Shown here piece by piece: positions 10,030 to 19,274 of a DNA stretch of 64,000 nucleotides (position 1 is the first letter of the stretch; every line of letters begins with the position of its first letter). The notes beneath the pieces were generated by a model. That model saw only the letters and a list, made by a program, of their open reading frames with translations, was not told where the DNA came from and ran no database searches. Both the position numbers and the translations under genes were made by a program. The DNA comes from a virus (lineage: Duplodnaviria > Caudoviricetes), in IMG/VR virus record IMGVR_UViG_3300012173_000004, positions 1-64,000 of that record, one strand, 5' to 3'.

Positions 10030-10200
10030 ATGCAAGTTATAAAGCAAGAAATTATTACCACGACTACATTTTTTAAAATGGATCCTGAAACCAAGCAGCT
10101 AGTGGTGGTAGCAGATGACTCAGAAGCAACTGTAGTTAACATTATCAGAGCAGATAAGAACGGCAAGATATTACGTAGCACTTGGGGCGAGCTTGCATAG
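10030..10200 (+). CDS. Small hypothetical protein, 56 aa (MQVIKQEIITTTTFFKMDPETK...), not in the ORF track
   Basis: ATG one base after the upstream stop; fills the gap exactly. Confidence 0.55.
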   Translation: MQVIKQEIITTTTFFKMDPETKQLVVVADDSEATVVNIIRADKNGKILRSTWGELA

Positions 10201-10215
10201 GATAATCCTACATAG

Positions 10216-10245
10216 TTGATCTTACTACGTTTTACCATTTAAATT
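10216..10245 (+). promoter_or_regulatory. Putative sigma70-like promoter TTGATC-N18-TAAATT, 6 nt before the QueC-like ATG
   Basis: Motif match in an intergenic gap; no SD sequence. Confidence 0.35.
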
Positions 10246-10251
10246 AGTTGT

Positions 10252-11466
10252 ATGTCAATTACGCCAAAAAGAGTTGATATACAAAAGCGTGAACTTCCTA
10301 AGTATACTTTACTTACCAGGGCTGAAGTTGAATTAGCCCGTACGCTGAGCGGTCACCTAGCCACTATTAAAGTTTTCAAAATAGATGGTCCTGAATTAGC
10401 CAGTTACTGGTATGAAGTACCAGGTAGCACTACACCAAGTGACAAGTATTTAGGTATAATGGAGGGTTTAGTAGTCGCGCGTTTTGCTACTGAAGCACTT
10501 GTAAACATAGGGCACAGAGCTATGGCACCCATGCCTGCTGATTATGATACGTTGCTTTCTGAATATGGCATGGCACTGGTTGTTTTTGAAGGTGACACTT
10601 GGCAGCCTGAAACGTTTCCGATAACCCAGAACACACTTCTTTTATCTGGTGGCGCCGATTCAACACACCTCATGTTCAAGCATCTCAGGGGTCAGACCAA
10701 CGCAGCAACTTTGTACCATGGCCAATCCACGTTTAGTACAGGTTTGTGGCCGGAAAACAAAGCTTCATCGAAAATTGTGGAACTTGCACAAAAAGTTTTT
10801 GGCACAACTATAGATCATCGTAAGATGTCGGCCCGATGGAACTGCAAGCTTGAACGTAAGTGGGCTAAAGCTTTTCGTAACTTCATGCTGGTGACTCAGG
10901 CTGCAACCACTTTCCCACGTACACGTATGTGGGTTGGTACTAGTATTGATGATCGTCTCCACGATAGTTTTCCAGACTTTATTGAAGGATTCACCAAAGT
11001 TACTGGCATAGAGATCTGCGTACCCAATATACAGACGGGTCGTCGTACGATTATGGGCGACCTTATCAATCTGTCACAAAAGGTGCATCCTTATATTTAT
11101 GCCTCAACGACGTCCTGCCAGCTACCACGTTATTTAGGTAAGAAGCACTTTTACTGTGGGTCTTGCCATTCCTGTTTGCTTCGTTTGCCTGCTGTTGAGT
11201 TTGCAGGTGACCCCCGTTTCAGTAATTTTAACAAGGAGTTAAAACTAATTCCTCACGAGTACAGTAACAATTACTGTTATCAGGATTATTACAAGCGTAA
11301 GCCTAGTTCCAATGTACTAAAGACGTTTTTTGCTGATTTAGGTGATACGCCTGCCTTCGATGAATTTATTCCGACTCTTCACCATGTTAAGGCAGAGTGG
11401 CCAGAATATAGTCTTAAGAAGATACTTTCATTATTCCAGTTTACTCGCCTAATGTCTTATAGTTAG
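10252..11466 (+). CDS. queC: QueC-family PP-loop ATPase (7-cyano-7-deazaguanine synthase-like) with ~120-aa N-terminal extension
   Basis: LLSGGADS PP-loop, YHGQ, RN, and SC-x11-CGSCHSCLLR zinc motif. Confidence 0.8.
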   Translation: MSITPKRVDIQKRELPKYTLLTRAEVELARTLSGHLATIKVFKIDGPELASYWYEVPGSTTPSDKYLGIMEGLVVARFATEALVNIGHRAMAPMPADYDTLLSEYGMALVVFEGDTWQPETFPITQNTLLLSGGADSTHLMFKHLRGQTNAATLYHGQSTFSTGLWPENKASSKIVELAQKVFGTTIDHRKMSARWNCKLERKWAKAFRNFMLVTQAATTFPRTRMWVGTSIDDRLHDSFPDFIEGFTKVTGIEICVPNIQTGRRTIMGDLINLSQKVHPYIYASTTSCQLPRYLGKKHFYCGSCHSCLLRLPAVEFAGDPRFSNFNKELKLIPHEYSNNYCYQDYYKRKPSSNVLKTFFADLGDTPAFDEFIPTLHHVKAEWPEYSLKKILSLFQFTRLMSYS

Positions 11467-11485
11467 TTCCTTATTCCTGCACGGG

Positions 11486-11514
11486 TTGCCAAGACCCAAC
11501 ATTCACGCTATTAT
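11486..11514 (+). promoter_or_regulatory. Putative sigma70 promoter TTGCCA-N17-TATTAT for the capsid operon
   Basis: Near-consensus boxes with 17-bp spacer in an intergenic region. Confidence 0.55.
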
Positions 11515-11544
11515 CATACTCAACACATGAGGTGTCGTTGAGTT

Positions 11545-13242
11545 ATGTTCGTTAATCCAATTCCTTTTACTGCTGAGTGGAATATGTCTGTCGCCGAGAT
11601 TGATAAGGCGACAAAAGACAGTGTTAGTGAAGTCCTTCAAGGTAAGTGGATAATTGAGGGTTATGCCTCGACTGGTGATCTTGATGCGCAGTCTCACATT
11701 ATCACACCTGATGCTATTCGTATGGGTGCAGAGTCGTTACAGAAGTATAACACTCTTCTATATAACCACGACTCAAATCGTCCCATTGGTAGGTTGATTA
11801 AAGCTGAAGCCCAAGGCGATAAGCTTTTTATCAAAGCTGAGATTTCTAAAACGGAACCTCTTCTTTGGAGCAAAATTAAAGATGGCACGCTTTCAAAGTT
11901 CAGTATTCGGGGCCGCATCTTAGACGCAGCCAAACAAGAGGATGCAGTAACTAAGAAAGAAATCCTTGTGATCAAGGGCATGGAGCTTCATGAAGTTTCT
12001 GTTGTTTCAGTGCCTGCTAATCCAGCGGCTCGTTCGTTGGCTTGGTATGTTGAAAAGGCAATGGCCGAATTAGATAAGGCAGTTAAACCTAAGCATTATC
12101 CCTTTGACCAGTGTATGTCCGATCGTAAGGCAGCTGGTTATGATGATAAAGCGGCTGCTGCCATTTGTGGCGCAATTAAGGCTCGTACGATTTCGCACAT
12201 GGTTGAATGGGGCATGGCTAAGACAGAAGAAGAAGCCATTGAGATGGTCAGTAAGAAATATGAAAGTGATCCTGTTTATGCTTATGCATGGCAGAAGTTT
12301 CTTGATCTGGCTGGCGGCGCTGACAAAGCTGAAGGTGTTATCAAAGATCTTAATGAAGGCAATTTGGGTGTGATGCCGGGGCCCGGCAATGCAAATAAGC
12401 GTAGTCGTGGCCAACTAAATCAGGCTCAAAAGAATTGCGTTGGTACACATATTCGTGAAGGTATGCGAGCCGGTAAACCACATGATCAGGCGATCGCTTA
12501 CGCATATTCAGCCTGTAAAGTTAATAAAGAAATCGAGCCCTCAGGTTCTGTCAAGGAATTCTTTGAAGACCTAGTGGCTAATTTGCCTGAATTAGAAACT
12601 CTAGCAAATGAAATTGAACAAGAACTAAAGACAGAAAAGGGGGGTGACGAGGTGGAAACTCAGAAGAATCAAGAACACCTTATGGAGGCTATTAAGGCCA
12701 TTCAAGAAGCAATTCCTACGCTGAAAGGCGAAGCGAAAGATCAAGCAGAAGCGGTACTTCGTTCTTTGGAAGCCCTTAACGTAACCGTCTACGGTAACGC
12801 CAAGAAAGATGGCGAAGGCGAAGATGACGTTGAGAAGGCCAAGAAAGCGAAGATGAAAGCTGAAGAGGATATGAAGACGAAGAAAGCGGCTGAAGATGCT
12901 GCTGCCGACGCCCAGAAATCCTTGGAAAAGCTTATCGGCGACCTGCAGGCCCAAGTTAAAGACGGCCTGGAGAAGACGCAAGCCGAAACTGCCAAGATGG
13001 AAGCTGTTAAAGCTGACATCGAAAAGCAAGTCGCTTCTGTTGTAGCAGCGCTGGAAAAGCTTCCGATCCGTAAGGGTCAGGGGACTGGCGAGGACATCGA
13101 CCGCAGCGGCGAGGGTGATAAAGACACCATTGCCGGCTTGGCGAAGTCTGTCAAAGCTGAAAAAGGCTTTGAGAAGTTGGGACCGGGCGATCAATTGCAT
13201 CGCTTGTTAGCGACTTTCACAGGGGAACGAAAAGTTAAGTAA
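11545..13242 (+). CDS. HK97-type prohead protease fused to inserted domains and a coiled-coil scaffold
   Basis: IEGYAST, LYNHD..PIG, FSIRG and EVSVVSVPANP motifs; K/E/A-rich C-terminus; upstream of the capsid gene. Confidence 0.9.
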   Translation: MFVNPIPFTAEWNMSVAEIDKATKDSVSEVLQGKWIIEGYASTGDLDAQSHIITPDAIRMGAESLQKYNTLLYNHDSNRPIGRLIKAEAQGDKLFIKAEISKTEPLLWSKIKDGTLSKFSIRGRILDAAKQEDAVTKKEILVIKGMELHEVSVVSVPANPAARSLAWYVEKAMAELDKAVKPKHYPFDQCMSDRKAAGYDDKAAAAICGAIKARTISHMVEWGMAKTEEEAIEMVSKKYESDPVYAYAWQKFLDLAGGADKAEGVIKDLNEGNLGVMPGPGNANKRSRGQLNQAQKNCVGTHIREGMRAGKPHDQAIAYAYSACKVNKEIEPSGSVKEFFEDLVANLPELETLANEIEQELKTEKGGDEVETQKNQEHLMEAIKAIQEAIPTLKGEAKDQAEAVLRSLEALNVTVYGNAKKDGEGEDDVEKAKKAKMKAEEDMKTKKAAEDAAADAQKSLEKLIGDLQAQVKDGLEKTQAETAKMEAVKADIEKQVASVVAALEKLPIRKGQGTGEDIDRSGEGDKDTIAGLAKSVKAEKGFEKLGPGDQLHRLLATFTGERKVK

Positions 13243-13263
13243 ACGTTGTTGAAGGGGAGGTGA

Positions 13264-14226
13264 GTGGTAGATATGGGTCCAGATCTTGCATTGTTGCAAA
13301 AAGCGTTAGCCGAGACTGACATCTCGGCGTTGTTCAAGATCCCTGAGATTGATCAGGTGATGGTTCAGCTGTTTGATTTCTTGAATCCGTTGCGGCAAAA
13401 CTTGCGGCGGGTTCCGGGTTCAGGGGATAGCTACTTGGTGTACACTCGTACGCCGGGCACAACTCAGGCTGTGGACATCGACGATGTCGATACTATCACT
13501 GAGCAGGTGGGAACTTACGGGGAAGTTACTTTTCCGTACAGAACCATTGCCACTCAGGGTCGTATCAGTCGGCGTGTTCAAAAGACCGGTCGTTCTATTG
13601 CGGACCTTATGCGTGAAGAGCTCGAGGCGAAAGCTGGCGAGATTCGTAATGCTGAGGATTATCGCATGTTTTGGGGTAACTACCCCACGGTCAATGCCAA
13701 ACAGTTCAATGGCCTTGCGTATCAGTTAAACGCTAATACCGGCCAAATCGTGACTGCAGGTACCGACGGTACTTCTGGTAATGATTTGACGACCGCGAAG
13801 ATGGATCAGGTAATCGATACCAATATTGGTAATCCTGGTTTGATCGTCACGTCGCGTCTTGGCCGTCGGAAGATCAATGCCTTGCTGCAAGCGCAGCAAC
13901 GGTTTGTTGATCGGACGGAAATCGCTGGTGGATTCCGGGTTATTTCGTACAATGATATTCCTATTGTTGCAACGACTAATATTCCGGATGTTCTCACGCG
14001 GCATCCGTCTACAGGCACGATTACGGCTTTGACCGGTGGTTCAACCTCGGCTTTGTTCGTTATCGATCTGCAGGACGTGTTTATGAGTGTCTTGACTGAG
14101 TTGACGGTTATGCCGTTGGCGAAGGTCTCTTCGCAGTATGACTTGTTCGACATCTTTATGGATGAAGCTCTCGTCGTACGTGATTTCCGGCACTTGTCGA
14201 TGTTGTCCGGCATCAGAGCTGTCTAA
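13264..14226 (+). CDS. Major capsid protein
   Basis: Follows protease/scaffold; strong SD (GGGAGG); 320 aa; QFNGL motif; followed by a terminator. Confidence 0.85.
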   Translation: MVDMGPDLALLQKALAETDISALFKIPEIDQVMVQLFDFLNPLRQNLRRVPGSGDSYLVYTRTPGTTQAVDIDDVDTITEQVGTYGEVTFPYRTIATQGRISRRVQKTGRSIADLMREELEAKAGEIRNAEDYRMFWGNYPTVNAKQFNGLAYQLNANTGQIVTAGTDGTSGNDLTTAKMDQVIDTNIGNPGLIVTSRLGRRKINALLQAQQRFVDRTEIAGGFRVISYNDIPIVATTNIPDVLTRHPSTGTITALTGGSTSALFVIDLQDVFMSVLTELTVMPLAKVSSQYDLFDIFMDEALVVRDFRHLSMLSGIRAV

Positions 14227-14247
14227 GCTTAGTGGGGCGGCGGTTGT

Positions 14248-14290
14248 AGAGGGAGCACTACCTAGTGTGGTGCTCCCTCTTTGTGGTTTT
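14248..14290 (+). terminator. Intrinsic terminator after the capsid gene
   Basis: AGAGGGAGCACTAC/GTGGTGCTCCCTCT stem followed by a T-rich tract. Confidence 0.75.
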
Positions 14291-14303
14291 GGTATACTAG
14301 GGT

Positions 14304-14582
14304 ATGCTTTACGAATACCAATGCTCTGCCTGCGGTGTGTTTGAACATCTCACGCCAGGCTTTACGGCCATTTCACAGTGTCCCACTTGTAACCGTCCAA
14401 TTAAAAAGTTAATATCAAAGTCAAGCTTTCATCTCATCGGTGAGCAGTGGCCTTCTAAGGTCAGCTTTCGTAATGAGGTTAACCACATTGAAAAGGTTCT
14501 AGGTGTAGAAGAGGATCGTTTCTACAATGCGGGTTACAGGAAGTTTCCCAAGGGGCATCCTAGAGAAGGGGAACAAACGTAA
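14304..14582 (+). CDS. FmdB-family zinc-ribbon protein
   Basis: YEYQCSACG..CPTC...KKLIS...F.L.G..W. Confidence 0.8.
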   Translation: MLYEYQCSACGVFEHLTPGFTAISQCPTCNRPIKKLISKSSFHLIGEQWPSKVSFRNEVNHIEKVLGVEEDRFYNAGYRKFPKGHPREGEQT

Positions 14583-14591
14583 GGAGGGGTT

Positions 14592-14948
14592 ATGCATGTA
14601 CTGAAATTTACGGTCGATACCACTTACAGGGGCAGCTGGAAAGAGTACCCCTATGAAGAAGTTGTTGAAGTTAAAGACAACATTGCTCTTTGCAATGCTG
14701 AGACTTCAAAGATGTACCTTGAATACAGGGGCTTCAAGACTATCGGCCAGATCGACAATGAAACCCAGTTGGAAAAGTTCCTTAGGGATTTGAATAGACC
14801 CAATCCCTCAGTTCAGGAACCGCCCCGAGAACCTATTTCTTACAAAGACATGTTGCAGCCCCTGCCCAATGAATTTGAAGCTGGTGGACCAAAGATAGAC
14901 GTGGGCGAGACCCCACCATCTGATTTGCCTAAGTGGTGGAAGGGTTAA
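14592..14948 (+). CDS. Hypothetical protein in the head module
   Basis: ORF with AGGAGG SD. Confidence 0.6.
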   Translation: MHVLKFTVDTTYRGSWKEYPYEEVVEVKDNIALCNAETSKMYLEYRGFKTIGQIDNETQLEKFLRDLNRPNPSVQEPPREPISYKDMLQPLPNEFEAGGPKIDVGETPPSDLPKWWKG

Positions 14949-15845
14949 ATGCTAAGAGGTTTCCTGCCAGGGCTCACCTTCCGTCTGGATTTTACATTCT
15001 TTGACGACGCTGGTGATCGTCTGTCCGTAGGTAACCCTAGTGCCAATGTCTACACCCCGGAAAAGTCCATTTTTTTATCAGATCAATCTCTGACAGCTGT
15101 ATCAGGTACTACTGGTAAATATGGTTTTGATTTTTATGTGCCAGTTGGCTCAACTGTAGGCAATTGGTTTGCTCTTGGTGTAGGCTACACCCAAGGTGTG
15201 ACAAGTTTTTCAAGCGCTGTACCTTTTGAAGTTGTTGATGTCACTACCGAACCCTATTGGGTAAGTCTTGAAGACTTACGCAGTTATTTGTTGATTGAAG
15301 ATGATGATCACACCAAGGACAATCTCTATAAAGAATTACTTCGAGCGTCAATTCAGTTGGTAGAGGCATATACTCATCGTACTTTTGGTTTGCGCGCCTT
15401 TGAAGAACTGATCGAAATTAAGCAGACAGATAGGGTAAAACTTAAGAGATATCCCATTCTGACCATTACAGGAGCCACTCCCACTGTTCAGATAAGTCCC
15501 TACAGTCAAACACAGCTTGTTACCCAAAGCTTGACGGGCAACATTGTTTCTTTCTTTTATCGTTTGGAAAAAGCAACAGGTATAATGAAGTTAACAGATT
15601 CCAATGGTTTTGAGATGGTGTATAATAGCATGTTGTTGGCACTCACCTACATTGCTGGCTTTGCATCTACTCCAGAACCTATTCGTGCTGCTGTTTTGGC
15701 CTTGGCTTCTAAGTTACTTAACTTGTCGACGAGTGAAGGTATAGCTACCATACGTCTTAGTGATATTTCCTTTGCTATCGATAATAAGTTATTTGAGGGC
15801 CATATTGGAGATTTACTTAAGGACTATGTTGATAGGCAAATCTAG
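14949..15845 (+). CDS. Head-tail connector/adaptor (gp6-like) with N-terminal beta domain
   Basis: VSLEDLRSYL..D...LL.ASIQLVEAYTHRTF and YIAGF..PEPIRAAVL motifs. Confidence 0.75.
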   Translation: MLRGFLPGLTFRLDFTFFDDAGDRLSVGNPSANVYTPEKSIFLSDQSLTAVSGTTGKYGFDFYVPVGSTVGNWFALGVGYTQGVTSFSSAVPFEVVDVTTEPYWVSLEDLRSYLLIEDDDHTKDNLYKELLRASIQLVEAYTHRTFGLRAFEELIEIKQTDRVKLKRYPILTITGATPTVQISPYSQTQLVTQSLTGNIVSFFYRLEKATGIMKLTDSNGFEMVYNSMLLALTYIAGFASTPEPIRAAVLALASKLLNLSTSEGIATIRLSDISFAIDNKLFEGHIGDLLKDYVDRQI

Positions 15846-16174
15846 TGGGTATCATATCCAATTTTTTAGATCGACGTATAGATCTCTACGATATCACGAC
15901 CACCAATTCCCCTACAGGTCAGCCGCTGGAGAGTTTGGTTTTTAATCGTAAGATACGCATATTTTTTAATCCTGATAGGTCTCGTTTTTATCGCCTCTTT
16001 GATGTAGGCCAAGTCCCAGCGGATCAATCTTTAGCCATTTCTGAATTAAGAACTGTTGAAAACCAAGTCTTGGTAGTTGACGGTACGCGATGGAGAATCG
16101 TAAGATCAAAGCCAGCAGTCTTTAAGACGCGCACATTGGCTTACATAATGATTCTTGAACGCTACCAGCACTAA
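15845..16174 (+). CDS. Head closure/stopper protein
   Basis: 109 aa; PTGQP and VDGTRWRIV motifs; position after the adaptor. Confidence 0.6.
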   Translation: MGIISNFLDRRIDLYDITTTNSPTGQPLESLVFNRKIRIFFNPDRSRFYRLFDVGQVPADQSLAISELRTVENQVLVVDGTRWRIVRSKPAVFKTRTLAYIMILERYQH

Positions 16175-16185
16175 CGAGGCACTCA

Positions 16186-17781
16186 ATGGCTAACAACCTC
16201 ATTTGCGGGTTTCTAAAACTACGCAATGGCATTTTACGCGGTAGTAATCTTTATAGGGTCTTGCGTAACATGCAGGATTACTGCGATGATGTTTTCATCG
16301 TAGATGATGCCAGCTTTGATGGTACCTATGAGTATCTCAAAAAACACATTGTTCCCGAAGATCGTATTCTTCGTGTACCCCTAGATCAACATGATTTCGC
16401 CCAAGAGTTACACTGGAAACAGCAGCTCATTGAACGCGTCCACACTGATGGTCCCTATGAATATATCCTGTGGATGGACGATGATGAGGTCTTGGATGCA
16501 AAAGGAACTGCTGGAATACGTGACTTCTGCCGTAACAATCTTAGTAGTAAGCTTGATGTGTGGTCCTTTCATTATACACAGGTGTGGCGGAATACTGAAT
16601 ACGCCCGAGTTGATGAGGGTTTTGACGATGGCTGGTTTTATAAGCTCTGGCGGTACTTCCCAGATCTCAGTTTCAGTGTTTCACATGGCACTCACAAAGC
16701 CCAATTTCCGAGTCAAATACACAATAAGTTAACTTCGGGCCGTGCTGGCCAGGCTCCGTTTGAGGTCATCCACTACGGAAATGCAGGCATTAATCTTCGC
16801 ATGAAGTGTATTCAATACTATGGGGGTCTTGGCGGAGTAGATCGTCACTTACATTTTGAGAAAGGAATTTTCCGCAAGGTATCGCAGGACATCTTCCCAG
16901 ATGGCGCAGAATTGATTCCCGGTGGTAAACCTGAACCATTTACATCTGAACAATGTGAACGTATATTATCTCTAAAAAATCTGAAGCATCTGGAAAAGAC
17001 TTTTGCTGTTATCTTGCCCACCTACAACAGAGCCAGTACGCTCCCCAGGGCTCTAGATTCCTTGTTGGCACAGACTTACGATAAGTGGGTTTGTTTTGTT
17101 CTTGATGATGGCTCAACAGATAACACGGCTGATACTGTTAATGCTTATGTTGAAAAAGATCCTCGTATCTTTTATTTAAGGTATCATGAAAATCGTGGCG
17201 GCGTAGCAATGAACGAAATTGGTATGGAAATAGCCGTCAATACTTGTGAATGGTGGACACGCCTGGGTTCAGATGATTGGTTTATTTCCGATAAACTAGA
17301 ACTTGATGCCAAAGCTTTTGAGACTGCTGAAGCCGTTTACGGGCCTTTTGTGGTACACCGTAATGGTGCTTTTAATGAAGTTGGCAATATGCCTTGCCCT
17401 TCTGACATTGTTCTTCCTGGATTCTTGAAGCAGGGCTTTTTTGCTTCCTGGGCCAACTGTGCTGTTAAGTCCTCTGTACTAGTTCGTGTAAAGTCTAAGT
17501 TTGGTTCTTATTGTGATCCAGAGTTGCAGAACATGGAAGATCGCCTCTTTAACTTCAGGGTTGCCAAGTTGGTTTCTTGGGTGTGGCGTGGGACTTGTAA
17601 TGAGGAACTTATTATCAATCCAAGTTTGGAAGCCTGCAAAGTCATCATGAGCAGGCCAACTCAAATTAAGCCTGATGGTGTTTGGAATGTTAATCAGATA
17701 GGTGCTTCAGCTAATAGTGACGTTTACAATCGAGATAGTGGAGTTACAACTCGTATCATTGAAAAAGAAAAGGATCTTTAA
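16186..17781 (+). CDS. Two-domain GT2 (GT-A) glycosyltransferase
   Basis: VDDASFDGT and WMDDDEV in the N-domain; ILPTYNR, LDDGSTD and LGSDD in the C-domain. Confidence 0.9.
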   Translation: MANNLICGFLKLRNGILRGSNLYRVLRNMQDYCDDVFIVDDASFDGTYEYLKKHIVPEDRILRVPLDQHDFAQELHWKQQLIERVHTDGPYEYILWMDDDEVLDAKGTAGIRDFCRNNLSSKLDVWSFHYTQVWRNTEYARVDEGFDDGWFYKLWRYFPDLSFSVSHGTHKAQFPSQIHNKLTSGRAGQAPFEVIHYGNAGINLRMKCIQYYGGLGGVDRHLHFEKGIFRKVSQDIFPDGAELIPGGKPEPFTSEQCERILSLKNLKHLEKTFAVILPTYNRASTLPRALDSLLAQTYDKWVCFVLDDGSTDNTADTVNAYVEKDPRIFYLRYHENRGGVAMNEIGMEIAVNTCEWWTRLGSDDWFISDKLELDAKAFETAEAVYGPFVVHRNGAFNEVGNMPCPSDIVLPGFLKQGFFASWANCAVKSSVLVRVKSKFGSYCDPELQNMEDRLFNFRVAKLVSWVWRGTCNEELIINPSLEACKVIMSRPTQIKPDGVWNVNQIGASANSDVYNRDSGVTTRIIEKEKDL

Positions 17782-18446
17782 TGGATTACGAAGAACGGAC
17801 ACGTATCTCTTGGGCAAGGGCAGCCACCTTTCCTAGTAATAAGGAAGAGGTTTATCCCGATCACAAGATCGTACAAGAGTTTGATCTTATCCATGGCAAG
17901 ACAGTTTTAGAATACGGCTGCGGTGCGGGATCAGACGCTATCAGTTATCTTAGACGTGGCAATCAGGTGGTGGCTACTGATATAGTGGCTGCTAATATTG
18001 AAAGAACAAAGTCTAACATTGCCCTGTACAATTTGTCTCGTGCTGCTAGCGTTATTAAACTTGATGTTTCACACCCTCTTCCTTTTGGCAATGAACTTTT
18101 TGATGTTGTTAGCAGCCATGGCGTTATTCATCACATCAAAGAAGGACCTAAGGTTGTGGAAGAGTTTTACCGCGTACTCAAGCATGGGGGTTTTTGTTAT
18201 CTCATGCTTTATACAGAGTACATGTATGACTACTTCTTAGAAACCATTAATAATCTTGTTGAGACTCGAGGTATTTCAAAGGAAGAAGCCTTCTGTTGGT
18301 GTTCGGATGGAGAAGGAGCACCTTATGCCGTTCCCTATAGCGAAGAAGAAGGTAACAGCATGCTTAAAGCAGCTGGCTTCAGGGTAGTGATTAGTACCTT
18401 GTGGTTAAATGACCATTTTAGAACGTTCAAAGCTATTAAAGATTAG
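17781..18446 (+). CDS. Class I SAM-dependent methyltransferase
   Basis: VLEYGCGAG, FDVVSSHGVIHH and YRVLKHGG motifs. Confidence 0.9.
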   Translation: MDYEERTRISWARAATFPSNKEEVYPDHKIVQEFDLIHGKTVLEYGCGAGSDAISYLRRGNQVVATDIVAANIERTKSNIALYNLSRAASVIKLDVSHPLPFGNELFDVVSSHGVIHHIKEGPKVVEEFYRVLKHGGFCYLMLYTEYMYDYFLETINNLVETRGISKEEAFCWCSDGEGAPYAVPYSEEEGNSMLKAAGFRVVISTLWLNDHFRTFKAIKD

Positions 18447-18455
18447 GAGAACAAT

Positions 18456-19271
18456 ATGGACTGGCATCTATCGCGTATCCCGAAAAAAGCGTATTTTTAT
18501 TGGGGTACTGAACTGTTTCCCTGGATACGCTATGTCTCATTAGAGACTTTCGTCAAGCATCATCCTGATTGGGAAGTGTTTCTTTATGTTAAACCCTCCT
18601 TGGATCGTGTACCTGAAGATACTGACAAATCCGATAACTGCTGGAGCAAAGTAGAAGCTCTTGGAGTTAAGATCGTGGAACTTGATATTGAAAAGCACCT
18701 GGGTGTTGACTTCCCAGCTAAGTACATTACGATTTACGCTGACATTTTCCGTTACATTGTTCTCGGTCAAACAGGTGGTTTCTACGCGGATACGGATATG
18801 CTTTTTTTTCGTGCTCTGGAACAGAGCCCCTTCAATAATCCTGGTTACGAAGGCAAAGATGTTTTCATGCTTCCGCCGCCATATCATCATTTCCTTTGGG
18901 GAGTAAAGGACGCCAGTTGGTGGAAAAAGGTTCTTGATTACCAAGTTAATCATTTACCCCACGAAGGCAGCCGTTTTCTTGACACTACAGCATGTACATG
19001 TTACATCCCACAGTCATATAATGACAGAATTCAAATTCTACCCATGACGACTTGTGAAGAGAATTTCAACGCTAACGGTCCTGTTGATGTAAACGCCATT
19101 GCACTCAATTGGCATGGCTCTGGCACTTATGGTAAGTACCGCGCCGTTAATGAACAGAACTACATGGAATCAGATCATCCATTGGCCGCCTGTGTACGTT
19201 TCTGTTTGACTGGTGCAATGGGTCCGGCTTCTGGCATAGGCTCATTTCAGTGGATTAATAGAGGCGAGTAA
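18456..19271 (+). CDS. GT32-like DXD glycosyltransferase
   Basis: IPKKAYFYW, HPDWEV and ADIFRY..L...GGFYADTD motifs. Confidence 0.85.
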   Translation: MDWHLSRIPKKAYFYWGTELFPWIRYVSLETFVKHHPDWEVFLYVKPSLDRVPEDTDKSDNCWSKVEALGVKIVELDIEKHLGVDFPAKYITIYADIFRYIVLGQTGGFYADTDMLFFRALEQSPFNNPGYEGKDVFMLPPPYHHFLWGVKDASWWKKVLDYQVNHLPHEGSRFLDTTACTCYIPQSYNDRIQILPMTTCEENFNANGPVDVNAIALNWHGSGTYGKYRAVNEQNYMESDHPLAACVRFCLTGAMGPASGIGSFQWINRGE

Positions 19272-19274
19272 ACG

